IMG/VR virus record: IMGVR_UViG_3300017698_000118
Span: 1-64,000 of that record
Length of the DNA: 64,000 nucleotides
From: an uncultured virus (IMG/VR IMGVR_UViG_3300017698_000118)
Taxonomy: Duplodnaviria; Heunggongvirae; Uroviricota; Caudoviricetes
Direction: 5' to 3' (one strand)
The translations under genes and the position numbers were made by a program. The notes below the pieces were generated by a model. It worked only from the letters and a program-made list of their open reading frames with translations, had not been told where the DNA came from and did no database searches. Below are positions 31,829 through 41,240 of this stretch, piece by piece. Within the stretch, counting starts at the first letter, position 1; each line of letters opens with the position of its first letter.

Positions 31829-31849
31829 GCGCTCCGCGCTTATCAAGGA
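31829..31849 (+). promoter_or_regulatory. vRNAP early hairpin promoter P3
   Basis: Template strand GCGC-GGA-GCGC, upstream of the Drc-like gene and RNAP II. Confidence 0.8.
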
Positions 31850-31901
31850 AAGCCCAATTCCGGGTTTTTATAATCGTCAATCATTAGTCAAGGAGACTAT
31901 T

Positions 31902-32192
31902 ATGGGCGCTCGCGATTACGCAGCTCAAGAAGCAACTACCCGTGCCAACGACAACCAGAAGGCCGATGGCTACATTAACATTCGTGGTGTTCTGCCGAAG
32001 AATGGCGAAACTCCTATCAAGCTCAAGGGCCAGAACCGGGTCTACTTCCCTCTGAACATGGAAGACCCTCTGCACAAGAAACTGATGGAAAGCGCACAAG
32101 CTGATAGCGATGGCGTGTTGAGCATCACTTTGGTGGCAGAAGTACGTGTGGCAGATACTGCCGAGCAGGATGTTTCCGGCTTGGAATTCTGA
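31902..32192 (+). CDS. Drc/N4 gp2-like ssDNA-binding RNAP II cofactor
   Basis: KADGYINI...PL...DPLHKKL pattern; small gene under a vRNAP promoter, directly before RNAP1. Confidence 0.6.
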   Translation: MGARDYAAQEATTRANDNQKADGYINIRGVLPKNGETPIKLKGQNRVYFPLNMEDPLHKKLMESAQADSDGVLSITLVAEVRVADTAEQDVSGLEF

Positions 32193-32205
32193 TCCAGCAC
32201 TACCC

Positions 32206-32238
32206 AAAAGGGCTCCTTCGGGAGCCCTTTTCTTTTTC
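32206..32238 (+). terminator. Intrinsic terminator
   Basis: AAAAGGGCTCC-TTCG-GGAGCCCTTTT followed by a T tract. Confidence 0.85.
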
Positions 32239-32257
32239 TGATAAAAAGGATGTAGCC

Positions 32258-33151
32258 ATGAGCGATCTAGCCGTTATGCAGGCAATTCTGGAAGACACGG
32301 TTAATACCAAAACCATCCGAAAGAACTTACGGATGGAGGTAGCCAAGCTCCACCTCATTAATGAAAAATTCAGTGAGATGGAAAATCTTCTGAGTAACTG
32401 GATGGATATTCCGGAGAACTGGGACGATAGTATTGCAGCGATGAAAGAGCTCTTCTCTGATGCAGAGATATGCGAAAAGATCCTGCTTGCTGTCTCTTAT
32501 GCCACAGTTGAACCAAAGCCAATTCAGGCTATTGGTGCTGTGCTTGCTCAGGAACTGTGTTACGCCTGTCCTTTCGAGGGCGTAGATGTTGCAGTGACAC
32601 TTCTGGAAGTCACGACAGACAGTGATCTGTTCGACATCCTACTCAAACCTGGCGCACACAAGATCTACGCCAACTTCACCCTACCCGACAGCTTGTTGCG
32701 TAGTATTGAGCTGGCTCAGTTTCCCTTACCTATGATCAGTATACCGTTGCCTCTTAATCCTATGGATAAGAGCAACATGGATACCTCTCATTTCATCCAG
32801 AGAGGTAGTCTGATCCTTGGGAAAATGCACCACCACAACGAGCATATCTGTAAAGACGTGCTCAATATCTTGAATGCTACTCCTCTCGCACTGGATATCC
32901 CTACGGTGCAGGAAGATGAAGTATCCAATAAGCCTCTAGATACTCCAGATAAGCGAAAGCAGTTTGCCAAATTGGCGAAGGATTCTGCGGATGTTTACAT
33001 GGAGTTAATTAGTCTAGGTAATCGCTTCTACCTTACCAATGCGTATGATTCCCGGGGACGGGCATATATGCAGGGGTATCACGTTAATCTGCAATCTACC
33101 GACTATAAGAAGGCTTCCATTTCATTAGCTGACCAAGAGGTAATGTCCTGA
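32258..33151 (+). CDS. RNA polymerase II subunit 1 (N4 gp15-like)
   Basis: FPLPMI..P, GSLILG..HH and FYLTNAYDSRGRAY.QGYHVN (DxxGR motif). Confidence 0.9.
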   Translation: MSDLAVMQAILEDTVNTKTIRKNLRMEVAKLHLINEKFSEMENLLSNWMDIPENWDDSIAAMKELFSDAEICEKILLAVSYATVEPKPIQAIGAVLAQELCYACPFEGVDVAVTLLEVTTDSDLFDILLKPGAHKIYANFTLPDSLLRSIELAQFPLPMISIPLPLNPMDKSNMDTSHFIQRGSLILGKMHHHNEHICKDVLNILNATPLALDIPTVQEDEVSNKPLDTPDKRKQFAKLAKDSADVYMELISLGNRFYLTNAYDSRGRAYMQGYHVNLQSTDYKKASISLADQEVMS

Positions 33152-33411
33152 TGGTAAGTAAAAGAGCAGGCGTTCTCCTTCCTACCGCTCAACTGACAGA
33201 CAAGTGGTATAAGGATAACAATATCGACCGAGCTGAAGTAGCCATTGAAACTCTTGACGTGACCGATAAATCTTTCGGCAGCGTCGAGCGTGTACTGCTA
33301 TTTGAGAAGTGGTCAAAGAAATACGGCGTAGACCACGAAGTGTGTCTATCTATGTATTGTCAAGCTATCCGAGATGGTATTAACGCATCTCAGCAAATGC
33401 TGGAGGAGTAA
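33151..33411 (+). CDS. Hypothetical protein
   Basis: TGATG coupling, 86 aa. Confidence 0.6.
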   Translation: MVSKRAGVLLPTAQLTDKWYKDNNIDRAEVAIETLDVTDKSFGSVERVLLFEKWSKKYGVDHEVCLSMYCQAIRDGINASQQMLEE

Positions 33412-33617
33412 TGGACAAACCAGCACGAGGATGGATCAAGCCTGATGGGTTTGATCTCCTCGCAGAAGGGTGGGCAGTCAGTCGAATACTGGAGCTGGGT
33501 AAACTCCAATCGTTCGCTAAAAGCGATTTACTAACCCACTGGATGGGTAAGTATGAATTAACCAGAACAGAAGCCCGCTTGTTATTTAAGCAAATTGAAA
33601 ACGATATCCATAAGTAA
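33411..33617 (+). CDS. Hypothetical protein
   Basis: GGAGG RBS, 68 aa. Confidence 0.6.
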   Translation: MDKPARGWIKPDGFDLLAEGWAVSRILELGKLQSFAKSDLLTHWMGKYELTRTEARLLFKQIENDIHK

Positions 33618-33645
33618 CAACTCTAACTCGCAATGGAGAAATACT

Positions 33646-34620
33646 ATGCAATCGCTATCTACCTTGGACTACCTGAAAGTAGCTCTTGCCAATTCTTATG
33701 GTGAGGGCTATGACCGCAAATCATGGGAATGCCGTATCAATTTGGCAGATGAGCTGCTTGATATGGATGAAAAAGATCTGGAAGGATGCGGAGAGGAACC
33801 TATGTTCTTCCAGAAAACCCTTCGAGCCATCAAGGACTACCATGCAGGTAATCCATCTGGTTACATTATGCCAATGGATGCTACAGCGTCTGGATTGCAG
33901 ATTCTGTCTCTCCTGATGGGATGCCCAACTACTGCATCTCGCGTCAACCTGATTAATACAGGTGAACGTGTAGATGCGTATGAGAGCGTCTCTGAAATCA
34001 TGGGAGTGTCTCGTTCAGTACTGAAGAAACCAGTAATGACTCACTACTACGCCAGTAAGGAACAGCCAAAAGCTGTATTTGGTGAAGGTGATGAGTTAAA
34101 GCGTTTCTATGATGTACTGTATGAAGCGTTCCCTGGAGCAGAGATCGCCATGGAAATCCTGTTAGGACTTTGGCAGCCTTATGCCCGAGAACATAAGTGG
34201 AAACTCCCAGATGGGCACACTGCTATCTGTAAAGTTACAAACATGGTTTCACATAAAATCCCTATGCGGATTAACAAGCAGGAATTCGGCTACCGAGCTG
34301 AAACTGTAAGCCCTTCTAAGAAGGGTATCAGCCTGCCTGCTAATATCGTGCAATCCATCGATGGTTACATCATGCGGAGAATGGTACGTAAAGCACATGA
34401 CCAGCATTTTGAGCTACTAGCTATCCATGATTCATTCTGGGCTCGCCCTCAACACATGAATAAGGTGCGTCAGAATTACATGGACATCATGCGAGAAATT
34501 GCAGACATGAATCTGCTTGAGGGTATTGCTCGTGAAATTACTGGCAACCGTCACTTTACTATTAAGCGTATCGATACTGATCTGGCTAGCAAGCTGGACG
34601 GTGAGTACGCTCTGTCTTGA
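33646..34620 (+). CDS. RNA polymerase II subunit 2 (N4 gp16-like)
   Basis: T7-type motifs A (DATASGLQI), B (RSVLKKPVMTHYY) and C (AIHDSF); ends EYALS; ATG 33646 with GGAG RBS. Confidence 0.92.
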   Translation: MQSLSTLDYLKVALANSYGEGYDRKSWECRINLADELLDMDEKDLEGCGEEPMFFQKTLRAIKDYHAGNPSGYIMPMDATASGLQILSLLMGCPTTASRVNLINTGERVDAYESVSEIMGVSRSVLKKPVMTHYYASKEQPKAVFGEGDELKRFYDVLYEAFPGAEIAMEILLGLWQPYAREHKWKLPDGHTAICKVTNMVSHKIPMRINKQEFGYRAETVSPSKKGISLPANIVQSIDGYIMRRMVRKAHDQHFELLAIHDSFWARPQHMNKVRQNYMDIMREIADMNLLEGIAREITGNRHFTIKRIDTDLASKLDGEYALS

Positions 34621-34632
34621 TTATTCTGCCTT

Positions 34633-34665
34633 AACCCCTCTTATGAGGGGCTTTTTTTTTTTTTG
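34633..34665 (+). terminator. Intrinsic terminator
   Basis: CCCCTC-TTAT-GAGGGG followed by a long T run. Confidence 0.8.
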
Positions 34666-34699
34666 TTTATGTTTCCATTTAAATTAAAAGGATAGAACC

Positions 34700-35551
34700 A
34701 TGAATACTCAGCTCTCAATAGAACAGCTCCAAACATTTCAGAAACTGGATCGTATCGTTAATATTTTCAAAGAGTCTGACTGTGCAATCCGTCCACACTT
34801 TACACTGGTAGGTGGATCAGGCTCAGGTAAAAGTCTGCTAATTGAGACCCTCGCTAACGACCACAAAATTGGATACTTTCGTGTCAATGCGGCAGCACTG
34901 ACCAAAGAAGGTACTTCAGGTAATAGCTTGTCCAAAGCACTAACCCCTTTGCTACAGTTTGGCGGTAAGCCTGTAATTTGCTTCGTAGATGAATTCGATA
35001 AGCTATTTATCTCAGGCAACAGTAATAGCCAATTGGCCCATGAAACAACCAATGGGGTTCAGAATGAATTTCTGACAGTACTAGAGAATGAAGTTGCCGC
35101 CGTTTACGGAGATTACGGTAAATACGTTGACGCCAATGTAGGAAATGTACTATTCGTGTTTGCCGGTGCATTTAACGGCGAAGAAGATATCGATATCGAT
35201 CGTCTACGCGAACTAGGCATTAAGACAGAATTTCTTGGGCGAGTGGGGCTAGTATTTAATACTTCACCCATGTCGTTGAAATCTATGCTGGGCATATTAA
35301 AGACTTCCCCACTATTACGTGACTACTTCACACTATTCGATCTTACTCCTGAAAAAAAGAAAGAAGCATTAACTACTCTTTCCCGTGAAGTAGAGAGTGC
35401 CTATGATAACAACACTTTGGGTGCCCGTGTCGTGAACAATTTGATCCACCAGTATTTCATCTATGGTGGAATCAAAGAGAAAGACGAAAATAAACCCATA
35501 TTCCGTAAAAAACTAGAAATCAACTTACCTGAAATTAAGGAAAACCGATGA
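34700..35551 (+). CDS. ClpX/HslU-like AAA+ ATPase
   Basis: Walker A GGSGSGKS, Walker B FVDEFDKL, plus GVQNEFL, NVLFVFAGAF and GIKTEFLGR. Confidence 0.8.
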   Translation: MNTQLSIEQLQTFQKLDRIVNIFKESDCAIRPHFTLVGGSGSGKSLLIETLANDHKIGYFRVNAAALTKEGTSGNSLSKALTPLLQFGGKPVICFVDEFDKLFISGNSNSQLAHETTNGVQNEFLTVLENEVAAVYGDYGKYVDANVGNVLFVFAGAFNGEEDIDIDRLRELGIKTEFLGRVGLVFNTSPMSLKSMLGILKTSPLLRDYFTLFDLTPEKKKEALTTLSREVESAYDNNTLGARVVNNLIHQYFIYGGIKEKDENKPIFRKKLEINLPEIKENR

Positions 35552-36105
35552 GCCAAAATAAAGAAAATAGTTGGAATGTAGTTTACCCAGAGCGTGTATT
35601 CTCTTTCTCAAATAAGACTGTTGGAGTCTTTATTCATAAAGAGACAATGTACCAAATAGAGGCTAAAAGTTGGGTGGATGAAGGGGAAACCTATATGATC
35701 TACCCTATGTATGACATGCCTGCAATACGGGTGAGTAAAGATCTCTACACCCTACATAAAAGACCTGATCCTGAGGCCGGTGAAAGAGAACATGAAATGG
35801 AAAATGCCGAAGTAGTTGGTTATGAAAAACTTCAAGAAGTACTAAAACGTGCTTACGATCAAGCTGCAAATGGTAAAGGGAAAGAGCGGCACAGTAGTAA
35901 CAACACTATACCTTTCCATGAACAGCGTATGCAGTCTATCTCAGACTTAATTAAAAGTCCTAAAGGAATGGAATTTCAAATAATCAAAAAGATTACTGAA
36001 AGGCTGGAAATGGAAGAAACTGAACGTACCACTAAAGAACTTTTAGGTGCGATCAACTACATTGCTGGAATTATTATTTTCCTCGAAAAACAGGATAACC
36101 AGTAA
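35548..36105 (+). CDS. Conserved phage hypothetical protein
   Basis: C-terminal AYDQAANGKGKERH...PFHEQ...ELLGAINYIAG domain common in phages. Confidence 0.65.
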   Translation: MSQNKENSWNVVYPERVFSFSNKTVGVFIHKETMYQIEAKSWVDEGETYMIYPMYDMPAIRVSKDLYTLHKRPDPEAGEREHEMENAEVVGYEKLQEVLKRAYDQAANGKGKERHSSNNTIPFHEQRMQSISDLIKSPKGMEFQIIKKITERLEMEETERTTKELLGAINYIAGIIIFLEKQDNQ

Positions 36106-36167
36106 TAGCTTAATACTCCTCGGATTTGTATGGTGGTTGTTCCCACTATACTTTCCGAGGAAAAATT

Positions 36168-36440
36168 ATGTCTACCAGAAAGAAAGCCAAAATTGCAAAA
36201 TCTCGTGCAGAACTCTTTGAAACTATCATTGTTCAGTTGGAAAAATGCTCCAATTACCAACGGGAACTAATTGTAAAGCAAGCCGGTATTCACCCAATGA
36301 CTATTTACTGGTGGGTTACAGGTGTCACCACTTCCCCTCGCTTATCTACTATTATTCCTGTTGCAGAAGTACTCGGTTTCGATATTGTGCTGAAACGCAA
36401 TAAAGATAAAAAATTCCGAAAAGGTCTGCATTCCGTATAG
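36168..36440 (+). CDS. XRE-like HTH protein
   Basis: AGIHPMTIYWWVTGVTTSPRLSTIIPVAEVLG. Confidence 0.7.
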   Translation: MSTRKKAKIAKSRAELFETIIVQLEKCSNYQRELIVKQAGIHPMTIYWWVTGVTTSPRLSTIIPVAEVLGFDIVLKRNKDKKFRKGLHSV

Positions 36441-36465
36441 ATCTCTAATATAGGAAATAACAATC

Positions 36466-37446
36466 ATGAGTGATTCAGTAAGAGAGGCGTTTGAGGCGCT
36501 TGAGCAAGCCAAAAACAAGTTTGAAATGTGCGGAGCCACCTTTGAATTCGACACCATCAAAGCCGCCCTTAGCGCCAATGGTGGGGAGGCGGTTGGCTAC
36601 ACAGGAAGTGGCTCACTGGATGCATTAAAGCAAGGGGCAGAGGGGCACATTTTCCCATCGCCCGCACCGTCGCACCCTGTCCCGCTGTACCTGAGTCCAA
36701 CTGTCAAGGATTCCTTGACGGTCCAGAACGAACCCATCGGGTATGCAGACCCAGACACCCTGACTGACTATCGGGCAGGTGACAGGTTGCACATGCCCGT
36801 TTATCGCCCAGATGCGTCTGCCGATTGGCAAGACGGGGTTCCGGTTTATCTCCACCCCGCCCCGCCATCTGTTGCGGTGCCAGAGGGGTGGAGCGTGCTA
36901 CAGGTTGAAGACCAAGGTAACGCTGGGTTCATTGTCGGATCGCCTCGCGTTAACGGCGTTCGCACAAACACCAGCGTCTGGCGGGACGACGAAGACCCCG
37001 CCCATCAATTGCTGGCGCACATGCTCGCCGCCGCCCCATCCCTCGACCATTCCGGTGACGCCAACAAAATGGCGGATGATCTGCCGGTCGCCATCCCTGA
37101 AAGTGAGTTTGACGAAACCAACCCGATACACCAAGCCGCCGATGCCTACTCTTATGCTTGTGAAATTATGGAGCAACATCAGGCCAAACGTGTCAATGCG
37201 GGGAAAGACCCCGGCACCATCGGTAGCCTCTGCGACGGTATCGCATGGCTATATGAACGCATTCAGGAATTGGAAGACGCCCCCTCTGTGCCGGAGAACG
37301 AAATCAAGGCGCAGGCGCTGGAGTGGTTTGCGGACTGGCTGAAACGGCAGTCTTTCGCCCACAAAAAGCGGTGGACTTCTGCTGCAAACGAGGCGCTTCG
37401 CTGTGCAGCCCGCCTCCGCACCGCTGGCGACGAGGGGGAGGAGTGA
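36466..37446 (+). CDS. Mosaic hypothetical protein (temperate-phage accessory type)
   Basis: Repeated EPVGY...PLY modules and VPEGW / MLAAAP motifs. Confidence 0.65.
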   Translation: MSDSVREAFEALEQAKNKFEMCGATFEFDTIKAALSANGGEAVGYTGSGSLDALKQGAEGHIFPSPAPSHPVPLYLSPTVKDSLTVQNEPIGYADPDTLTDYRAGDRLHMPVYRPDASADWQDGVPVYLHPAPPSVAVPEGWSVLQVEDQGNAGFIVGSPRVNGVRTNTSVWRDDEDPAHQLLAHMLAAAPSLDHSGDANKMADDLPVAIPESEFDETNPIHQAADAYSYACEIMEQHQAKRVNAGKDPGTIGSLCDGIAWLYERIQELEDAPSVPENEIKAQALEWFADWLKRQSFAHKKRWTSAANEALRCAARLRTAGDEGEE

Positions 37447-37580
37447 TGCTGTGCTACGCGATAGTCAGAAAAGGGCATGTACAAAAAGACCTGATTACGG
37501 ATCAGCTTGAGATTTACGAGTCCTACGACGCCGCCATACTGCACTGCCCGGCAGGAGCAGAAATTAAAGANCATCCATAA
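37446..37580 (+). CDS. Small hypothetical protein (contains N)
   Basis: GGAGG RBS, TGATG overlap. Confidence 0.45.
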   Translation: MLCYAIVRKGHVQKDLITDQLEIYESYDAAILHCPAGAEIKXHP

Positions 37581-37594
37581 CGGAGAAGACAACC

Positions 37595-37831
37595 ATGAGT
37601 GACAAGATCGTAGTAACCGATATAAATAAGCGTTGGGAAGAAGGCATTGAACACCATCCAAAGTCCATAGAAATTGTTGAAGCTCTTGAAGAAATAGATT
37701 TCAAGTACGGCGGTGACACGCTTTGCATAAAAACTGGCGGCGACGGTGACAACGGCGAGCACATGATGTTCTTGTTGGACATCTACTTCGAGCAGCAGGA
37801 TGCAGAATCCCTGAGCGACGAAGGAGAGTGA
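37595..37831 (+). CDS. Hypothetical protein
   Basis: GGAG RBS; KTGGDGDNGE motif. Confidence 0.65.
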   Translation: MSDKIVVTDINKRWEEGIEHHPKSIEIVEALEEIDFKYGGDTLCIKTGGDGDNGEHMMFLLDIYFEQQDAESLSDEGE

Positions 37832-38061
37832 TTGTGAGTGATATTAATATGAGTACTTTTAACGACTACGTTGCATGCGTAGCTCAGGATATAGTGGCGG
37901 CATATTGCAGCCCGCATGTACTTATGAAGCCAAAGGTTTATAAAGACGGGAATCAATGGTGTGCCCTTTACGGCGAAAACATTCAGGAAGGTGTAGTCGG
38001 GTTTGGCGACACGCCAGAACTCGCATGTAAAGCGTTTGATCTTGCATGGGAGAAAGGCTAA
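37828..38061 (+). CDS. Hypothetical protein
   Basis: DGNQWCALYGENIQEGVVGFGDTPE, a HicB-like phage motif. Confidence 0.65.
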   Translation: MIVSDINMSTFNDYVACVAQDIVAAYCSPHVLMKPKVYKDGNQWCALYGENIQEGVVGFGDTPELACKAFDLAWEKG

Positions 38062-38237
38062 TGGAAATTTCACTGTTGGCTGGTGTTGGGATTATCGTGG
38101 TTTGTTTTGCCACAAACTTTGCTCTTGCGGTTGCCAAGACAGGATGGCACGGCGCGTTAGTGATATTGGCATGTGAACTTCTTTCGATGGCCCTGCTCGG
38201 TCTATCTATATGGCTAATAGCTGGAGGTGCAGCATGA
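38061..38237 (+). CDS. Small membrane protein
   Basis: Two hydrophobic segments; TAATG coupling. Confidence 0.55.
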   Translation: MEISLLAGVGIIVVCFATNFALAVAKTGWHGALVILACELLSMALLGLSIWLIAGGAA

Positions 38238-38536
38238 ACATCAAGATTGGTGATAAGGTTAGAATGGTAGACGGCCTAACATGGGCTGTCGTTGAAATGC
38301 CAGGTGGCAGTGAGGATTTCCCTGATGACTATAAGGTACGGCGTGTAGATAACGGCGACTTGGGGCTTATGTCGCCTTCCAGTATAACCCACGTCAACGG
38401 CAAGCCTGTTAGTGAGAAGCCAGAGAAGAAGGTGTATGCCATGGCGCCGGAGGGGNAAAACGCACGGCTAATTTTACTGTCGTTGACAACCAGGGCGACA
38501 TTATCGGTTGTAACTGGAAAAGAGATGGGCACCTAA
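38234..38536 (+). CDS. Hypothetical protein (frame uncertain after N at 38456)
   Basis: MNIKIGDKVR start with GGAGG RBS. Confidence 0.5.
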   Translation: MNIKIGDKVRMVDGLTWAVVEMPGGSEDFPDDYKVRRVDNGDLGLMSPSSITHVNGKPVSEKPEKKVYAMAPEGXNARLILLSLTTRATLSVVTGKEMGT

Positions 38537-38598
38537 ACGGAGGCGACTGGACACGCATTGAGCTAACCGAAGACGAAGCGGCGCTGATCAACGCTAAA

Positions 38599-39159
38599 GT
38601 GGATGCGGCCAATGATAATGATGTCACCACAAAGCCTATCGACCTAGAGCGCCTAAAGACTGACCGGTACTACTGGGATGAAGTGGCGCCGGAGGGGGCT
38701 GAGTATTATGGGCAAAAAGAGCCAGGATGGCTTGAGTGCTGGTACAGGATGTCCGGCTCTGACTGGGAATATCTGCTAGCTGATGGCAGAAATAGCGAAT
38801 GGAAAAAGGCAAGCGTAACGCGGGGCAAGGAAAACCTAATATCTCGCCCAGCGCCTGCATGGAACGGCGAAGGGTTGCCGCCTGTTGGGGTAGAGTGTGA
38901 GGCTTGGTACGCGAAAGGCGACTGGGTTGTGGGGAAGGTTATTGCACACGATGAGATAGACGGAACCCCAGTTGCTGTATTCAAGGATGGCGAGCGATAC
39001 ACGGCGTTCACGGCTTGCTGCCTTCGCCCCCTCAAAACAGAAAAGGAACGGGTGGTTGATGCTGTGATGGAGGTGGCCGGGTTCGGTGAGAACATGCGCC
39101 ACGGGCTAAACAAGGCGTTCGAGGCTAATGCACTGCGGATGCCAAAGGGGGAGAAATGA
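38599..39159 (+). CDS. Hypothetical protein with APEGA and WxGEGLPPVG modules
   Basis: ORF track; motifs shared with the ORFs at 40542 and 41237. Confidence 0.65.
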   Translation: MDAANDNDVTTKPIDLERLKTDRYYWDEVAPEGAEYYGQKEPGWLECWYRMSGSDWEYLLADGRNSEWKKASVTRGKENLISRPAPAWNGEGLPPVGVECEAWYAKGDWVVGKVIAHDEIDGTPVAVFKDGERYTAFTACCLRPLKTEKERVVDAVMEVAGFGENMRHGLNKAFEANALRMPKGEK

Positions 39160-39512
39160 AAAAGCCAAAATACATGGTATTACCGATAAAATATTCGGCG
39201 CCTGACCTCATTGACGGGGAAGGCACCAGAGTCGGGATTATTTACACGGAGAGCGAGGTGCAATACTTCGTCCATGTGGTAAACGCTCAAGGGGAGGCTG
39301 ATGGCAGCACAGAAAAACGTCAGCCTGTGCTGGGCAACGACAGCCTGAACGCAGCATGCCATGCATGTCTCGGTATATTCAGGGATTACGATGAGGACGA
39401 GGTAAAGCGGTTCGCCCCAGCATCCGTGCAGGCAGCATGGAAAGAGGGCAAGGATATCTCGGAATTCATTAAGAAGCGGCGGGACGAAACGCTAAAGGAT
39501 TTCACGTTATGA
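39156..39512 (+). CDS. Hypothetical protein
   Basis: ATGA coupling, 118 aa. Confidence 0.6.
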   Translation: MKKPKYMVLPIKYSAPDLIDGEGTRVGIIYTESEVQYFVHVVNAQGEADGSTEKRQPVLGNDSLNAACHACLGIFRDYDEDEVKRFAPASVQAAWKEGKDISEFIKKRRDETLKDFTL

Positions 39513-39889
39513 CCACTAAACGAGTAGCAATAGCAGAGCTGAAAGGAGCGGCGCTTGATTGGGCTGTGGCTATGGCCGTATGCCCTGAGTCGTTTAGGGG
39601 TAGCCGTCGCCATGATGGCACGCCAAACTGGGTGGCTGGGTGGCTAGACAACGGAAGTCCATCCACCGACTGGAGCCAAGGCGGGCTGCTGATCGTTCAG
39701 CATGACTATGCTTTGCCATATAAAACACCTGGGCACCGGCAGCATCTTGGCAGATATGAGGCGCGCACGCCTGGAGGGTTTACGATAAACGGAAGCTCCC
39801 CTCTCATCGCAGCCTGCCGCGCCATAGTAGCCGCCCATAATCCTGACGGCTTTGTGGAAGTGCCTGATGAACTGGTGGAGGAAGAGTGA
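39509..39889 (+). CDS. DUF2591/NinX-like protein
   Basis: ELKGAALDWAVA, SPSTDWSQGG and SPLIAACRAIVA...VEVPDEL. Confidence 0.75.
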   Translation: MTTKRVAIAELKGAALDWAVAMAVCPESFRGSRRHDGTPNWVAGWLDNGSPSTDWSQGGLLIVQHDYALPYKTPGHRQHLGRYEARTPGGFTINGSSPLIAACRAIVAAHNPDGFVEVPDELVEEE

Positions 39890-40086
39890 TGTCACGTTCA
39901 GTTTGTAAATACTGCGGCAAGCCAGTGGTGCTGAAGCCCAGCGCCGAAGAGCGAGCCAAGAAATACGGTGAGACGCCGACGTTCTATCGTCGCCTGTTTC
40001 CCAATCACGGCGCTTGTGAGGTAAAGGCTCGGGAGAATGAGACCTTGAGCTTGCTGAGACGGAGAGCGAGCAATGAGACTTCCTAA
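39886..40086 (+). CDS. Small Zn-binding hypothetical protein
   Basis: CKYCGK...PSA.ERA.KYG.TP..Y..LF..H..C. Confidence 0.6.
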   Translation: MMSRSVCKYCGKPVVLKPSAEERAKKYGETPTFYRRLFPNHGACEVKARENETLSLLRRRASNETS

Positions 40087-40100
40087 AAAGGGTAAAAATA

Positions 40101-40529
40101 ATGGGGAATATCTATAACTATCTATATGAAAGGGTAAATTACCCAAGAGAAGGAGGCTACAGAATGGAAGCCTTTAAACTACCTGACTGGATTAATATTG
40201 AGATTTCTAAAGAAGGTGATAAAAAAACTGTCATCGTTAATTCTAGAATACATAAAAGTAAGAGGGTAAAAATGACCCCTCAGTATTCTTCTTCTTTTTC
40301 TGATATTGAAATCATAAAAGATATTAGCNCTACAGTAAAAAAAGGCACTCATTGGAAGCACCGTAATGGATGCGAGTATTTAATAATTCTACTCACTAAT
40401 GAAAATTCTAATCCAGAAAATTCTGATAAGTACCCAGTAAATGTTGTTTACATAGGCATGAATGGAAATATCTGGTCTAGACCTCTCACTGATTGGCATA
40501 GAAGCATGACACCAATAGATAATGAATGA
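40101..40529 (+). CDS. Hypothetical region; C-terminal DUF1653-like domain (possibly two genes joined at N 40329)
   Basis: WKHRNG.EY...YPVNVVY...NGNIWSRPL motif after the N. Confidence 0.5.
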   Translation: MGNIYNYLYERVNYPREGGYRMEAFKLPDWINIEISKEGDKKTVIVNSRIHKSKRVKMTPQYSSSFSDIEIIKDISXTVKKGTHWKHRNGCEYLIILLTNENSNPENSDKYPVNVVYIGMNGNIWSRPLTDWHRSMTPIDNE

Positions 40530-40541
40530 TGGAGAGATTAA

Positions 40542-40817
40542 ATGAATACACTACACACTGGAGCTCCCATACAACAAATGAAAACTACTGAACAATGGTC
40601 AGGTCCAGAAGATGGGTTGCCGCCTGTTGGGGTGGAGTGTGAGTACGATGACTGTGATAACGGCTGGGTGCCTACCACGATCTTGGCGCATCACCCTGAC
40701 GGCCACTGTGCTTGGCATCAGAGCGTTAACGCGGATGGTTTCTCTGAGGGCCGCTCATACTCCAGCGACAGCAAGAACAGCTTCCGCCCCCTCCGCGCCG
40801 GGAAGGAGGGTGAGTGA
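40542..40817 (+). CDS. Hypothetical protein with GLPPVGVECE module
   Basis: GGAG RBS; shared motif. Confidence 0.6.
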   Translation: MNTLHTGAPIQQMKTTEQWSGPEDGLPPVGVECEYDDCDNGWVPTTILAHHPDGHCAWHQSVNADGFSEGRSYSSDSKNSFRPLRAGKEGE

Positions 40818-40996
40818 TGGGAGCTAAGTACAACATTGAATTATGGCGTTTGTGGGTTCGATACACGCCGGGGGTTTCTCTGGAAATACTCACCCGGCAC
40901 AAAGGAGCTGGGGGCTGGTTCGCCCCGGCCAGTTGGCATTGGAGGTGCCGGTACTCAAAACGGTTCGACACCAAAAAGGAGCACCCCAATGACTGA
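40814..40996 (+). CDS. Small basic hypothetical protein
   Basis: GGAGG RBS, overlap coupling. Confidence 0.5.
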   Translation: MMGAKYNIELWRLWVRYTPGVSLEILTRHKGAGGWFAPASWHWRCRYSKRFDTKKEHPND

Positions 40997-41240
40997 GCGC
41001 ACAGACCGCGATTTCGAGTGGCGGGACATTGGCGATGGCCGCCCGGTAAAGGTTCAGGTATGCGATATGTGCCGGGTGGCACCGTCAAATGTTGACGACT
41101 GCGGAGAGTTTGGGAACCCGGACTGCCCATACTTCGGAATCGGGCGGGAAGAATTCGAGCGCCGCGCCGCTTGCCGCGCCATCGTAGCATCCCACAACCC
41201 TACCGGCTATGTAGAAGTGCCTGATGAACTGGTGGAGTGA
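40989..41240 (+). CDS. Hypothetical Cys-rich protein with DUF2591-like C-terminus
   Basis: AGGAG RBS; ends AACRAIVASHNPTGYVEVPDELVE. Confidence 0.6.
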   Translation: MTERTDRDFEWRDIGDGRPVKVQVCDMCRVAPSNVDDCGEFGNPDCPYFGIGREEFERRAACRAIVASHNPTGYVEVPDELVE

